DNA of 64,000 bases from Octopus vulgaris (Eukaryota). This document shows positions 40,376 to 53,631 of the stretch, one piece after another. Below the pieces are notes generated by a model that ran no database searches, was not told the DNA's origin, and saw only the letters and a list, made by a program, of their open reading frames with translations. Each line of letters begins with the position of its first letter. Within the stretch, counting starts at the first letter, position 1. The stretch spans positions 55,800,001-55,864,000 of the forward strand of contig OX597828.1 in the NCBI GenBank assembly GCA_951406725.2, in the 5' to 3' direction. The translations under genes and the position numbers were made by a program.

Positions 40376-41012
40376 CTAGCAGTATCGCCCGGCGTTGCTC
40401 GGGTTTGTAAGGGAAATATCTATATAAGCATTTTTAGAGAGTTATAGCCAAAAAATAGCAAAAAATGCATTAAAAATGGAAAAAATATGATGGTAAATTT
40501 TTTAAAAAATCGTTGACTCATCGTAGACATTTTTAGAGAGTTACTTCCCTTATATAATAGCGAAAAATGCATTAAAATGGTAAAAAAACGATGGTAAATT
40601 TTTTTTTTAAATCGTAGACTCATGTAGACGCTTTCTTAGCCATTTCTGTTTTGGTGTCTTCAAGCCATGAAGTCGTTGTTCTAAAAGAACGCTGGTCTCC
40701 TTGACAGCGCATTACGACGTTGATTTCCTTACACTCCCTTCCCCACAGGTGCAGGTGTGAGCGTGGACGCCAACTCCGCCGCCATCGACACACGAAAAAT
40801 TATGCATCAAAATGGAATAAAAAATGATGTTAAATTATTTTAAAAATCGTAGACTCATCGTAGACGCGCGCTAATACTCAGACGGGCTCGATATGAATCA
40901 CGACTATAAGCTACCCGAATTTGGTTAAACTGCACCGCAAAATGTGGGAGTAGTTAGGAATCTAAATCGAAGGGGACAGACACTCACACAACTACAGTTT
41001 TATATATATAGA
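40376..41012 (-). mobile_element. Non-autonomous Helitron with internal tandem repeats
   Basis: Minus strand A|TCTATATATATAAAAC ... CCCGAGCAACGCCGGGCGATACTGCTAG|T (inserted between A and T). AATCGT(A/T)GACTCAT(C)GTAGAC occurs three times. Confidence 0.9.
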
Positions 41013-41039
41013 TATACATAGCGCAGTAGTGGTGAGATG

Positions 41040-41345
41040 TGACAGCAAAGAAAAGCATACATTCACTCTCTGCATGCAATTAGACTCGGAAAGTTCGTGA
41101 GGAACCCATTCACCCAATTTGCTGACTTTTCCGATAGCACACAGGTCTCAATGAATGGTTGAATGACCAAATCCAAGCTTCTCTGCTAGTTCCTCAACAG
41201 TTACGATGAGATTTTGTTCCACCAGGGTTTTCAGGATGTCCTTGTCGAGTTCTACAGATCTTTCAGGATGAGGCTCGTCTCCTAGGCTGTTCCAATATAG
41301 CTTTGAAAAAAATAGCTGTTAAAATCGAAATGCACTCTTCAAAAC
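41040..41345 (-). mobile_element. Mariner transposase internal fragment
   Basis: IGKVSKLGEWVPHELS (mariner WVPHEL motif) at ~41087-41135, preceded by VTVEELAEKLGFGHSTIH. Confidence 0.85.
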
Positions 41346-41469
41346 TTGCACTATGAATAAGAACAAGATAAAATTACTACCTGCTTTTATAGCAAGTTAA
41401 TATAAGTAGTTTATCCCATTCCCCTCTGACTTTTAGTTCAAGCTGTTGAAAAAACCGCATTATTATATA

Positions 41470-41501
<32 letters not shown>

Positions 41502-41735
41502 CACACACACTCTCTCTCTCACACACAGGCACACATTTATATTCTGTTATTCTTTTATATGTTTCAGCCTTGAGGTTGTGGCCATGCTGGATCATGTGTG
41601 TGTGTGTGTGTCTATCTGTCTGTCTGTCTGTATGTATATATGTATATGTATGTGTGTGAACAATAATATTTTCAACAGATGTGTTGCAAATGTATCTGAT
41701 TGTTCTCAAGCTTCAATACTGTGTGTGTGTGTATG

Positions 41736-41774
<39 letters not shown>

Positions 41775-41835
41775 ATATGTATGTATGTATATGTATGTAT
41801 GTATGTGTGTATGTATGTATGTGTGTATGTATGTA

Positions 41836-41870
<35 letters not shown>

Positions 41871-42323
41871 ATGAGTGTATGTTTACTTTATTACTAACAC
41901 AAGCCACTACGGTTATTTAATGTAAAGTCTTCCACAAATCACTTTCTCTGGCTATTTACTCTCTTCCAAGAACATTTTCACTCACACTTATGTGTTAGCT
42001 TCCCATACATTTTACTCATGTATCTATCAGCGTGATAGAGAGAAACAAATATTACATCTAGTTTCACTTTATTCGTTGCCCACTGTGTGTGTGCGTTTGC
42101 GTGTGGTGTAAACCAGACTAAGAAAAGCATTTGACACACACACCAGAATGTGAGTTTTCTGTAAATTTTGCTTAATTGGAGTTTCAATTTTAAAAACTGG
42201 ACCTGGCATGACGCGATGCATTGTACTCTTAAAAATGCTAGGTAAATTGTAATTGAAGAAATCCTATATTGTAGATTTGTATAACTCCCAAACTGAGGCA
42301 GATAAAATCTGCCTTTTATAATA

Positions 42324-42375
<52 letters not shown>

Positions 42376-42450
42376 GAATTTACAAATGAGGGTGAAAAAT
42401 TTGATATTAATTTAATAATACCATCAATTTAACACCAAGTGGCTTAGCAC

Positions 42451-42533
<83 letters not shown>

Positions 42534-43514
42534 CATATACACATGTGTGTGTTTGTATGTGTATGTGTGTGTATGAGCGTGATTTTGTGTGTATGCATGT
42601 ATATAGATCAAACCTAAGTCGGAGCATCCTGACATATTTTACCTACTTTGGTAATCTTACACAAGTTACTGAAACATTTTCTATGTGGATCAATTATTGA
42701 CAACGCATATTTGGATTACGTCCAACTTCACCATTGAATTTCATGCAATGGTATGAAATATATAGACACTAAGTGGGAGACTAGAACATTTGGCTGTCAG
42801 ATCATTTTTACAAAAGAAATGTCGGTTGGCGGGTGTTAAAATATTTTATGGCAAGCAACGCATTACATTCATCGTTCAATGAACTCATGACCACATAAGG
42901 CCGTCGATATTTTGCTCTCGCTGGAGACTGCGGGGCACCGTTATGCAGCAGATGTAATTCTTCATACGCTAGAAGGCTAAGGCAACATGAAATGAAATGC
43001 TTTACACAGGGAAACAATGTGCCATCCGGTTCACAAATCGAACGTACGATGGAGGGCCTGGCAGGATAACACTTGGCATAATTTAGAGTCGGTTTGTTTG
43101 CTATTTCTAAATCGAACGCCGATGTAGAAGATAACACATTGGTTACTTTTAAACCCTCAATTTGAATTAACAATCTTGTGAAGTACACTTTACTACGGGG
43201 TCCCAACAAGCTAACATTAAGTTTAACTTAAAGGAGATTTAGTTGATAGGACGATTTCAGTAGAACAGGGCCCTTTAGTTCGTTTTGTAACTGTTAGATG
43301 CAGGTACCTTATAAGGCTCTTTTCCCTAATCAATGTCATTAGCCTGTTAAACCCATATGTCGTAAAGGGTAAGGTGGAAAAAATCCACCAAAGTATATTT
43401 ACTCTAAATATAAGCGTTATATATTTTTAAGTTAGAGTCAACATTTTAGATGCATGAATGATTACGAAGTTAAGAAATTGATTACATTAAAATGAAGCGT
43501 GTGACTCCAAATTA

Positions 43515-43830
43515 TTTCAATGAGCTTGTTAAACTTTTTTATATTCTCAACATACTCTTGTCACCAAAGAATGTATATTTATATGGATTGTGGTACTCTG
43601 TGTCAACCAATATCCTGTGCATGTTTGAATATACAGATACAATACCAATACCAATATCAATTCCTTCTGGAAACTATCTTAAGCATGTCCTTGAGAACGA
43701 TTATTTATGTATTAATCTTTTGTGCCCAATATTTTAAGGAACTTGTTCAACTTTTTTATGTCCTTAACATGTCCCTGTTACCAAAGACTGTATATATATA
43801 ATGTAGCAATTTGTACCAACCAATAATTAA
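43515..43830. repeat. Degenerate direct duplication (~95-bp core, ~218-bp spacing)
   Basis: CTTGTTAAACTTTTTTATATTCTCAACAT...CACCAAAGAATGTATAT versus CTTGTTCAACTTTTTTATGTCCTTAACAT...TACCAAAGACTGTATAT. Confidence 0.75.
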
Positions 43831-44334
43831 CGCAACCAAACTTCTACATGTTACTTTTGACAATCTTTTCCCAAAGAGTGAAACTGGTAAAGTAAATAAA
43901 CATCTTTTAAAATTGCATTTTCAAACCTTCTTTCGTATATAGTTCCACTCAGGCGGTACCCCACAACTCCACTTTGTTATATATATATATATATTCACGC
44001 TGTGAGTGTATGTGTGAGCGTGTTTCTCTACATATATGTATACGTATATATATATATATATATATACATACATATATACGTGGTTTTATACAGACATGCG
44101 TGGTGTGCACCTTCGTATGTTTATGTGTGTGTGTATGTGTGTGTTTATATATAGACTGATTCTTATAGCAACGTAGGAATTTATGCATACAATAACTAAA
44201 CACACACAATGAGGGTGTGTGTATGTAGTAAGGTATAGGAATGAAGTCAATGAGTTTAATTTACCTACGTAAATAAATATATAATTAATTACCTTTACTC
44301 CATTAAGGTAATTAAATGCTTATTTACGTAAGTA

Positions 44335-44445
44335 GGCGTAGGAGTGGCTGTGTGGTAAGTAGCTTCCTTACGAACTACATGGTTCCGAGTTCGTTCCCAC
44401 TGCGTAGCACCTTAGGCAAGTGCTTTCTACGATAGCCTCGGGCAA
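44335..44445 (+). mobile_element. SINE family A, head only
   Basis: GGCGTAGGAGTGGCTGTGTGGTAAGTAGCTT...TAGCCTCGGGC. Confidence 0.85.
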
Positions 44446-45880
44446 CCATTACGTTACCATTGCATATTTTTTCCAAGAAAAACTTTTCCATTTTTATTTA
44501 GAAATATGGACTAAGAAGGAAGCTTGAATTCGCCTGTGTAGCACTGTTTCCATATATTGTATATCTATTTTATTCGGTTTCATTCCACGTAAATTTTTCA
44601 AAACTGGTTCCTTGCGCTTCTTGAAAGAATCAATATTAATAGCAGTTGATAGTGTTCTTTTGTTCTGCTTCATATTTAGCTCCGAGTCAAATCTGATTGA
44701 AGAAACCCATGATAAATTTTTCACAGTTTGTTATAACAACGGCGTGGCAAGAATTATATTTTTGAATGGTCCTTGTCCTTATAAAAGGGATAAGATACCC
44801 TATTTTTCCAAAACTCATGTTTCACCGACATGTTTCCAATATTCAAATTTCAATAAATTTCCATTGAAATTTTCGTGGTTATCTTTATTGGTACATTGCT
44901 GATCAGAATTGATTAATGTAATATTTTTCAACAATTAAAGGTGTAAAAGCATTAACGAAACTTCTTGGTTCACTATATTAAATATTCTTGCATCCTTATA
45001 GTAGGAAGGGAAGGAAAATCATATGACCTCTTCATTTTTCACGTCTACTGTAACTGGTTGAAGAACGAAAGGAAATTATCCACATACAGGACACTTGGAC
45101 CGAATAATTGCAATTGTGTGAATGCAGTTGAAGGCTCTAAATCTTCAGGTAGTAGTGTTCAATTAGACAGTGAATTATGTCTAACAGCCAAAGTCTCAGA
45201 GCTCAAAAATCGGGATCAAATATCCTACGATATCTCATCCGAAATTTTAACAATTTCTTCAGTCTACTGCCCTGGGTTATTCCATTGCTTTATGCCCGAG
45301 GAGCATATGCTGTAAATTATTTTCTCCTACGCCCAAACCCAATTCTCAATTTACTACCTAACTATGAGTTGAGTGTAAACAATTCACTTGATAAATTCCT
45401 CAACATATAAAAGTAGTTCAACTGAAAGACAATTACAGCTTGGGAAAGGAAACAGATCATCGGTGTCAGTTGCATGTGGAACACTTGCCATCGTTGTTGC
45501 TATAATCCAACATATGACAAGTGACATTACATATTAATAAGATGCTGATATCAAGGTCGGTAATGCTCTCGGTGCATTATTGATAGTTCAGTAGCCCCAG
45601 CAATCAACTCAGGTCAAAGCACTAAAAATAGGGTAAGGGGCAGCGAATTCCTATTTGTTTCATGCTGAACACGGTAGACATTGCTCCGCCTGAATTAAAT
45701 TGTTTAATTGCATTAAGAATGATGTTCGTTGCTTGCAGACATGAAATGGACGAGTTTGCAAATGTGATTCATCCGGTGTTGATCTGAGATACCTTGTTTA
45801 CAGGAACTGAACTGTCAACTAGTTGCTTACATCATTACGTATGTGTGTGTATGTATGTACATATGTATGTATGTGTGTAA

Positions 45881-45933
<53 letters not shown>

Positions 45934-46304
45934 AAATTGAATAAGGGTAGAAATGAAATTGATATTAATCAATTAAAACCAGTGGCCTTGTTGAACTCTA
46001 TGCATGCGGAACTCCGGTCAAATGTTATGTATATAGTTCTGGAAATTATGTTTGTATACGACAGACTATACTGATGAGCTTGTAGATTTTCGCGTATGCA
46101 TATACGTGAATATTAACAAGTGAAACTGATCGGTACATAGGTAATCGTTCTTATTTCGTATATTTTCATTTGTCTTGCTTATTTTTCACACTTTGGTTTT
46201 GTGCTGAGTTTTTACTTGAGAACACATTCTTCGTGGAAAATAGCGATTTTGACGTCTATATCTAGCATATTGACCGTCCACTTATAGTGGTCAGTCCTTT
46301 AAAT

Positions 46305-46353
<49 letters not shown>

Positions 46354-47659
46354 ATATTTATATATATACAGGCACATACACACATTTATATAAAGAAAAA
46401 TTATAGCCGTTTACTAAATTTAAACCTGACTAAGGGTGTGAATAACACATACATAGCTAGAAATAGGCCTCAACTGCTCCAATACTGTTACAAAGCACAT
46501 GGCACATCTGATAGGGGCTGCAATCGCTCCGAACACCGAACCAAGAATTCCTTACACTGACCTGTCAGTTTCGGCTATTGCAGGTGTATTAGTTTGATGC
46601 TCGGACTCGTAATGGTCTTAAGTAATTGACTGAAACAGCTTTTATGAAATTTGGATATAATCAGGGGATGCTATGTACTTATAGATTTCTGGAAAATCGG
46701 CTGTTTCGCATCTAAGAGATGTGTTCATATTATAACAGAGCAATTAGGTATAATTATTTTAAATATAATGACTTGAAACTTCCCACAGAACTTTTCCATC
46801 TCGAAGTATCCAAATATTTGATTTATTCATGCTGCCTTCCAATTATAAAACATTCCTATGGCTTTGGATAAAATTTCAAAATTGTTCTTATTTTACTGTT
46901 GAAGTTTGTTATTAAGCCATTGCTTTTTCTCTCTACTCGGTATATAACTTATATTTATTAAAAGCAAACTTGTAATTAATACCGGCTCTTTGTGTTAACT
47001 CTCTTCTGATAACAATTTTTTTTCAATCCGCCGTTGATCTCCTAATTTAGAGTTACTAATATCTCATCATAGATTTCGCATGTTGAATCTCAGTAATTAT
47101 TTTGTCAATTTTCATACTATGTAGTTAGTGAGCTGACAACTTATTCCCTTTACGCCCTATAGAGATATTTAAACGGTTGATTTGGCCGCTGTGTTGTTTT
47201 TGTTTTTTCTAGATTCGTTATCTGTCTGGTGATAGCAATTGAATACAATCACATACTTTTAGTCTAAAACATATATCATATGCATTCATATGGTATCCAG
47301 CCATATCGTCTGCAACTGTTAGCATAGGATTGGTCAGTTTTCCATATTCTTGACGAAAATAGCTCGTTATTTATTGATAGTGTAAAAATTTTAAATGGTT
47401 TTTAAGCTGTCTTCTTTGCTGAATCAATTTCATTTCGAGATAAATGAGATGCGAGTAATGATGATGATGGTGGTGGTCTGTGTATATTTCTATTTCTCTC
47501 TTTTATGATAGCTTTTGTTTGTCCCTGGATGAATTTAGAATAGTGAGTCTTAGTAATGGTTTTTTTCATAAGACAAAAATTTCGTATTAGCTTTTTTTAA
47601 AGCACTTCATATAGCCAATAAGAATGTCACAGGAATTATCAAAATGCCAGAATAGATCT

Positions 47660-48195
47660 TGATATAAAAATGTTTTCGATCTAATTTGAATTCTTCGCCA
47701 TCAAATTTGAATTCTTTGCCATCAAATTTGAATTTTTCAATTGGTCGTTCAAGCCTTGAAAAAGAAGAGAGTTAAACTACATCAGCCGTAAGGGAATACA
47801 TGTCTATCTTATCTAACTCGTCCATCAATTGATATCTGAAAAATCGATGAAATAACTCATGAACACTGCGATAGCTTCTACCAAAAGTTGCTCCCTTACG
47901 TCGACCGGTCTGAACAAGGGGAGATAATAAACGAAGGATTCTTTTTCTATTATCTCCGCTTGTTCAGACCGGTCGACGTAAGGGAAGAAGCTATCGCAGT
48001 GTTCATGAGTTATTACATCTAACTTTTCAGATATCAATTGGTGGGCTCTACTGGACGAGTTAGATAAGATAGACATGTATTCCCTTACGGCTGATGTAGT
48101 TTAACTCTCTTTTTTTTTCAAGGTTTGAGCATCAATTGAAAAGTACAAATTTGATGGCAAAGAATCCCAACTAGATCACAAACATCTATAAATTC
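47660..48195. repeat. Long imperfect inverted repeat (foldback/MITE-like), arms ~250 bp, 18-nt loop
   Basis: AGAGAGTTAAACTACATCAGCCGTAAGGGAATACATGTCTATCTTATCTAACTCGTCCA (~47766-47824) has an exact reverse complement at ~48052-48110. Loop at 47930-47947. Confidence 0.95.
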
Positions 48196-48626
48196 AAAAA
48201 TTTAATAAAATGTAAAGAATATTTACAGACGTAGCTTGTAGATTTTGTTGTAATATTGGAGCTGATAGCATTGTTGGTATCGGTAATGTGGCGTCATTAT
48301 CAATGTTAGTCACGAGTAAAAGTGTGAAGTCAGTGTAGTGAAAAATGCGTTATGCAATCCAGCATGAACAGCACAAACTACGCGGTGGCTGTGATTTTCG
48401 TTGGATTGCGCTAAGGTGAACAAAAATGGTTTCTCTTATATTTAACAGAAATAGATAAAATGTCAGTTAGTGATCTATGCGGAGGTAATTCGGAGATGCA
48501 TTTAAACGGTCCACTTCGTTCACGTGCCTTTTGTCTATACATCTGAATGTAGAAATGCATGGCATTTTACATTTCTGATTATATATCCCTATACATAAGC
48601 ACACACACACACACACACACACATAC

Positions 48627-48682
<56 letters not shown>

Positions 48683-48728
48683 GCATATACTCATGCACAT
48701 ACACGTTAAGCGTGTTATTGGATTATAT

Positions 48729-48784
<56 letters not shown>

Positions 48785-49047
48785 GTGAGTCTGTGGTGTG
48801 TGTGTAAATTGAAAGCGATTTCTCTTTCTTTAATATTGAAAAGAGTTCAATCTTTCCCACGTGAGAGAAATTTATTTTCTTGTGGTGAATCCTCCAAGTA
48901 TGCATCACTGTTGACATCTGATGTTCATGCATAATTTGATGTCATGGAAATACATTTAAGTATGGAAGATCCTCCTTACACACGTACACACGTGCACACA
49001 AGAACGTTCAGACACACACACACATATGCATACATAGAAACATAAGT

Positions 49048-49050
49048 GAG

Positions 49051-49099
<49 letters not shown>

Positions 49100-49169
49100 G
49101 ATGCATTTATTCATAAATATATGCATATACATATTTATATATATATGTATATATATATATATATATGCA

Positions 49170-49221
<52 letters not shown>

Positions 49222-49270
49222 TATACATATATATATATATATACATATATATATACATATATATATATAC

Positions 49271-49317
<47 letters not shown>

Positions 49318-49375
49318 TACATATATATATATATACATACATACATACATATATACATATGTGTGTGTGTGTGTA
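49048..49375. repeat. Long interrupted (TA)n microsatellite
   Basis: Directly visible. Confidence 0.95.
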
Positions 49376-50143
49376 TTAAACAATGACTGACAGAAACATG
49401 CATAACCGTTGTAGTTTGCGCGTAGTTTACGCAAGATGAACATGCGAAGAAAAACATTTAGAAAAAAATTATTACAACCATTAAGTCCACTTCGCTTAAA
49501 AGAAGGCATACATATACAACAGCCTCTGTAATATGTCAAAGGAAGCTAAAATGACTCATAACTACCTTAAAGGAAAATCCATGTCATTCATTGATGTATT
49601 TATACATGAATCACGTTCTCCAGTAACGTTCACTTCACACACATATTCAGTTCACGTCTTTCATGCCAAAATATTCTGCTTCGAAAGTAACAGCATAGAA
49701 TGTAAATACATCGCTTAAAAAAATCTTCCTTCTAAATATTATCTGTTAAAATGGTGTTGGCAATCGTGGTGTACATGCAGAATCGTTAAGCCTAGGACAA
49801 AAAAAAATGTACTTTGGAAGATTTCTTCGGCGTTTAACATTCTGATTTCAATTTACGTCGATATCAAATTTTGGTTTGAGATTTCATCCCCCTGACATTG
49901 ATAAATTTAATAAACAATCAGATACTGAGATGAGTACTTCTGAAGCGAAGTACCGATTGAGTATTGAACTAAAGTCCTTGTGATATTATTTTCCACTTGT
50001 TACATGCTCATTTGAATTCTAAAATCTTTATCTTCGCCGTTATTCATTTTGTAGTCAATAACATAAAGAAGCGGTCAAGAACTAGACTCTATGGTATTGA
50101 ATTACCCCTATCAAATCTACTTGCCTTGTGCCCGAAACAGAAG

Positions 50144-50157
50144 CTACTACTACTAAA

Positions 50158-50220
<63 letters not shown>
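50144..50220. repeat. (ACT)n microsatellite between an inverted family C tail fragment and a forward family C SINE
   Basis: Directly visible. Confidence 0.95.
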
Positions 50221-50221
<1 letters not shown>

Positions 50222-50224
50222 TTG

Positions 50225-50437
50225 AAGGCAGCGTGTTGACACAGTCGTTAGCGGTATTTCGTCTGCCGGTACATTCTCTGCTTAAATTCTGCCGACGTCG
50301 GCTTTGCCTTTCATCCTTTCGGAGTCGATAAATTAAGTACCAGTGAAACACTGGGATCGAAGTATTCGACTAGTCCCTTCCCTCAAAATTTTAGGCCTTG
50401 AGCCTATATCAGAAAGGATTATTATTATCATTATTTT
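50225..50437 (+). mobile_element. SINE family C with (ATT)n tail
   Basis: GTCGGCTTTGCCTTTCATCCTTTCGGAGTCGATAAATTAAGTACCAG core. Confidence 0.82.
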
Positions 50438-50439
50438 CC

Positions 50440-51290
50440 CTATAGTCTCCTGAGGTATTATCTCACGTTCGCAGATTAGAGTGACAACACTTTTCTTCAC
50501 ACATGCACTGTTCCAGTTATTTCTGTCAAATGAGTACATCGTATGAAGTTTGGTATTTGAAACTTTTGGTACATGAATAATGCATTCTTTGAGATGATTC
50601 CAAGTGTACCGATCACAATAGGTACCACACTTACTTCTCAGGCCCAGAGGATACATTTCCCTTCCAAAACTAGGTCTTGATATTTCCCAGAGTGATATCT
50701 TCTTATCTATGTAGATTGGTATATTCCAAGTAGCTTCTCTGCTACTAGAAATGGTTGGTGCTCATACCACTTATTGGACCATCCTAGCCCATATTTCCTG
50801 CACAACACCTAGGGTATTCGCACTGCCAATTTGTCATGGGGTTTTTGTACTCCTTTTACGTCAGTTTTGAGCATCAACTAATTAATTATAATTAATTAAT
50901 TAATGTCTCAGATGACTTTTGACATAATCTACATAAATGTGATACTGCTGTCTTTCCAGTAATACATTTGATAGATTTTGTTCGTTAAATTTGTTCTTGA
51001 GCAGCAGGAATATGTCCTGATACCTTTTTTGCATAATAAAAAGAAAACGTTTTAATCATCTCCAGTATTCTTCAACAACTTCATCCAATGTTTCCTGGAG
51101 TACTAATTTCTTACTCCTGGGGGTCCCATTATTTCCATAGATAATCTTCTCACCCAGGGAAGCCTGCAGCATATTTTCATCACTATTCTTCAGATCGACA
51201 TGCAGAACAAAACTAGCTCGACGATTAGACAGAACAATTGGTCGGAACGGATCAAGATTGTATGCCTTTTTTGGTCTTCCTTTTGCCTTG
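50440..51290 (-). mobile_element. Second R4/Dong-like RLE retrotransposon relic
   Basis: IPAAQEQI*RTKSIKCITGKTAVSHLCRLCQKSSETL matches the R4/Dong AAQEQ...CRLC...ET..H region. Its 3' end abuts an (AAT)n tract on the minus strand. Confidence 0.75.
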
Positions 51291-51416
51291 CTTTTTGTTA
51301 ATTTACAATTTATACGCCTTTAAGTATCTCCACATCATAGCACATCATATAATATTGTATTGCATCATCCTGTACAGTCCCCATTCTTCTTGTAATCCTT
51401 TAATAGTTACTATACA

Positions 51417-51451
<35 letters not shown>

Positions 51452-52319
51452 ACATCACCGTCATATTCATCATCATTACTAATTCGTTACTCTTATAGAG
51501 ACCCTGAGAGCTTGTCATAGACTTGGAAAATTCAATTGTAACAAAATACTAAAAATAAGCAAAAAAAAAAAAATAACAACAAAAGAGTTCCTCCGAATTT
51601 AATCGCAATTTCGGGTGGACAATCCAATCCTTTAAAAGAACTTATTTCCTTGCAACATTCGTCAGTATTTCATACCTCAAACGAATAAGAAAAAAAATAT
51701 GTGAGCAGACGTAAATAAAACAGACGTGCATAATATTCATACTCTTCAAAATATATTCGAATATATATATATGCGCAATTTAGTCGATGGAGCTGCAAAA
51801 CAACACAAAATAAACAGGAAATAACTATTGTTACTGGAAATACAAACATTAACTTTAATAATAGTAAAACTGAACTCTTAAAAAACAGTGGAAGTTTTCT
51901 TTATAACTTTCAAATACAAATGCCCATGGAAAGAAAAATCTAATTAAAAAGGAGTAAAGACTGACAAAAAATTAAAAGATAAAAGTAAATTAAAAGAAAC
52001 GCATAGCATCTGAGAAGACATTTAACAAACACATCATCTAACTCTACTTGACTCCTTGAATGTTTTATATATACCTGGTGGCCTTTTCGAGGATTTCATT
52101 AATTATCTTTGCTGTCATTACCATGTCTGAAGAGAAGAAAGCTAAACAGTTTAATACCTCGCAGCTATTGAACTTGTACAACAAATACATGAGAAACTCG
52201 TAACTAAATCTAACCACCCAGTGCGTCCTACATCTATAAACGCAATCACCTATAAAGCAACCATACACAAACACACACGCACATACACACACACATACAC
52301 ACATACACACAACCACAAA

Positions 52320-52355
<36 letters not shown>

Positions 52356-52499
52356 ATGATATACTCACGTATAAACGTACATGTTAACTACATAATTTTT
52401 TAAAGAATATATAAAAAAATGATGCATGCTCATATTAGAGCTCAAACTCCTACAATACCAACACATACACACGCACATACACACACATACACACAACCA

Positions 52500-52576
<77 letters not shown>

Positions 52577-52702
52577 CTTTTAACAATTAAGGATAACCTC
52601 TTAATAAGGAATCTTAACAAGAACTTATCAGGTAGATAGCGTGAAAAACCTCATAAGATAAAAATTTCGAAAATAATTCTTTCTTATTGAACATATTAAT
52701 TA

Positions 52703-52741
<39 letters not shown>

Positions 52742-52742
<1 letters not shown>

Positions 52743-52839
52743 TTTATTTAAAGCAGCAGAAAATTCAACAAAACCTGTTACTCTGAGTTTCACGTTCCCG
52801 TTCGTCGGACAGTTGAATTTTCTGCTGCTTTAAATAAAG
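52742..52839. repeat. Perfect 28-bp inverted repeat with 42-nt spacer (Penelope-like terminal structure)
   Basis: CTTTATTTAAAGCAGCAGAAAATTCAAC (52742-52769) and GTTGAATTTTCTGCTGCTTTAAATAAAG (52812-52839). Confidence 0.95.
52775..52812 (-). ncRNA. Candidate minimal type I hammerhead ribozyme (U4C core variant)
   Basis: Minus strand CUGU-CCGACGA-ACG(GGAA)CGU-GAA-ACU(CAG)AGU-A-ACAG. All three stems pair, GAAA box present, GUA cleavage triplet, quasi-palindromic stem III. Confidence 0.65.
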
Positions 52840-53075
52840 CATATTACTCTACCACTGGTATTTGAGTACTCTTTTTTCCACCTTGTTTCACATTTATGTG
52901 TTTACTCCGGTATATACTATTTTCATAAAGTACGTATTTTTTTAGTATTATCAGAAGACGGGTGACAGTTACTTCGAAATTTCGGCATACTCAATTTCGT
53001 CAGAGTCTTCTTGGAAGATGAACAAGCCGAAACTACGAAATTACTGTCTTCTCTTCTTGTAAAGGTATAATAAAT

Positions 53076-53162
<87 letters not shown>

Positions 53163-53186
53163 GATACATACATATACATTCTTCTA

Positions 53187-53408
53187 TTCTTTTATGTGTT
53201 TCAGCCATTTGATTGCGGCCATGCTGGAGCAACACCTTTAGTCGAGCAAATCGACCCCACGACTTATTCTTTGTAAGCCTAGTATTTACTCTATCGGTCT
53301 GTGTTGCCAAACCGCTAAGTTACGGGGAGGTAAACACACCAGCATCGGTTGTCAAGCGATGTTGGACGACAAACAGAGATGCACATGCAACATATAAACA
53401 CACACACA

Positions 53409-53466
<58 letters not shown>

Positions 53467-53631
53467 CGATGGGCTTCTTTTCTGTTTCCATCTACCAAAT
53501 CCACACATAAGGCTGTGGTCGCTCCTGAGGCTATAGTAGAATGCACTTGACCAAGGTGCCACGCAGTGGGACCAAACCCGGAACCATGTGGTTGGTAAGC
53601 AAGCTACTTACCACACAGCCATTCCTCCACC
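53187..53631 (-). mobile_element. SINE family A, full length
   Basis: Reverse complement of 59101-59512 along its whole length, with an expanded internal (CA)n/(TA)n tract. Confidence 0.9.

Noticed and set aside
42911-43070. AGDCGAPL resembling a viral 3C protease GDCG motif; also the 133-aa minus ORF 42808-43209
   Set aside because: Short ORF bounded by stops, with no other viral motifs. More likely chance or a decayed LINE.
44480-45700. ORF-like non-repetitive stretch, possibly hAT or LINE debris
   Set aside because: No recognisable motif strong enough to assign.
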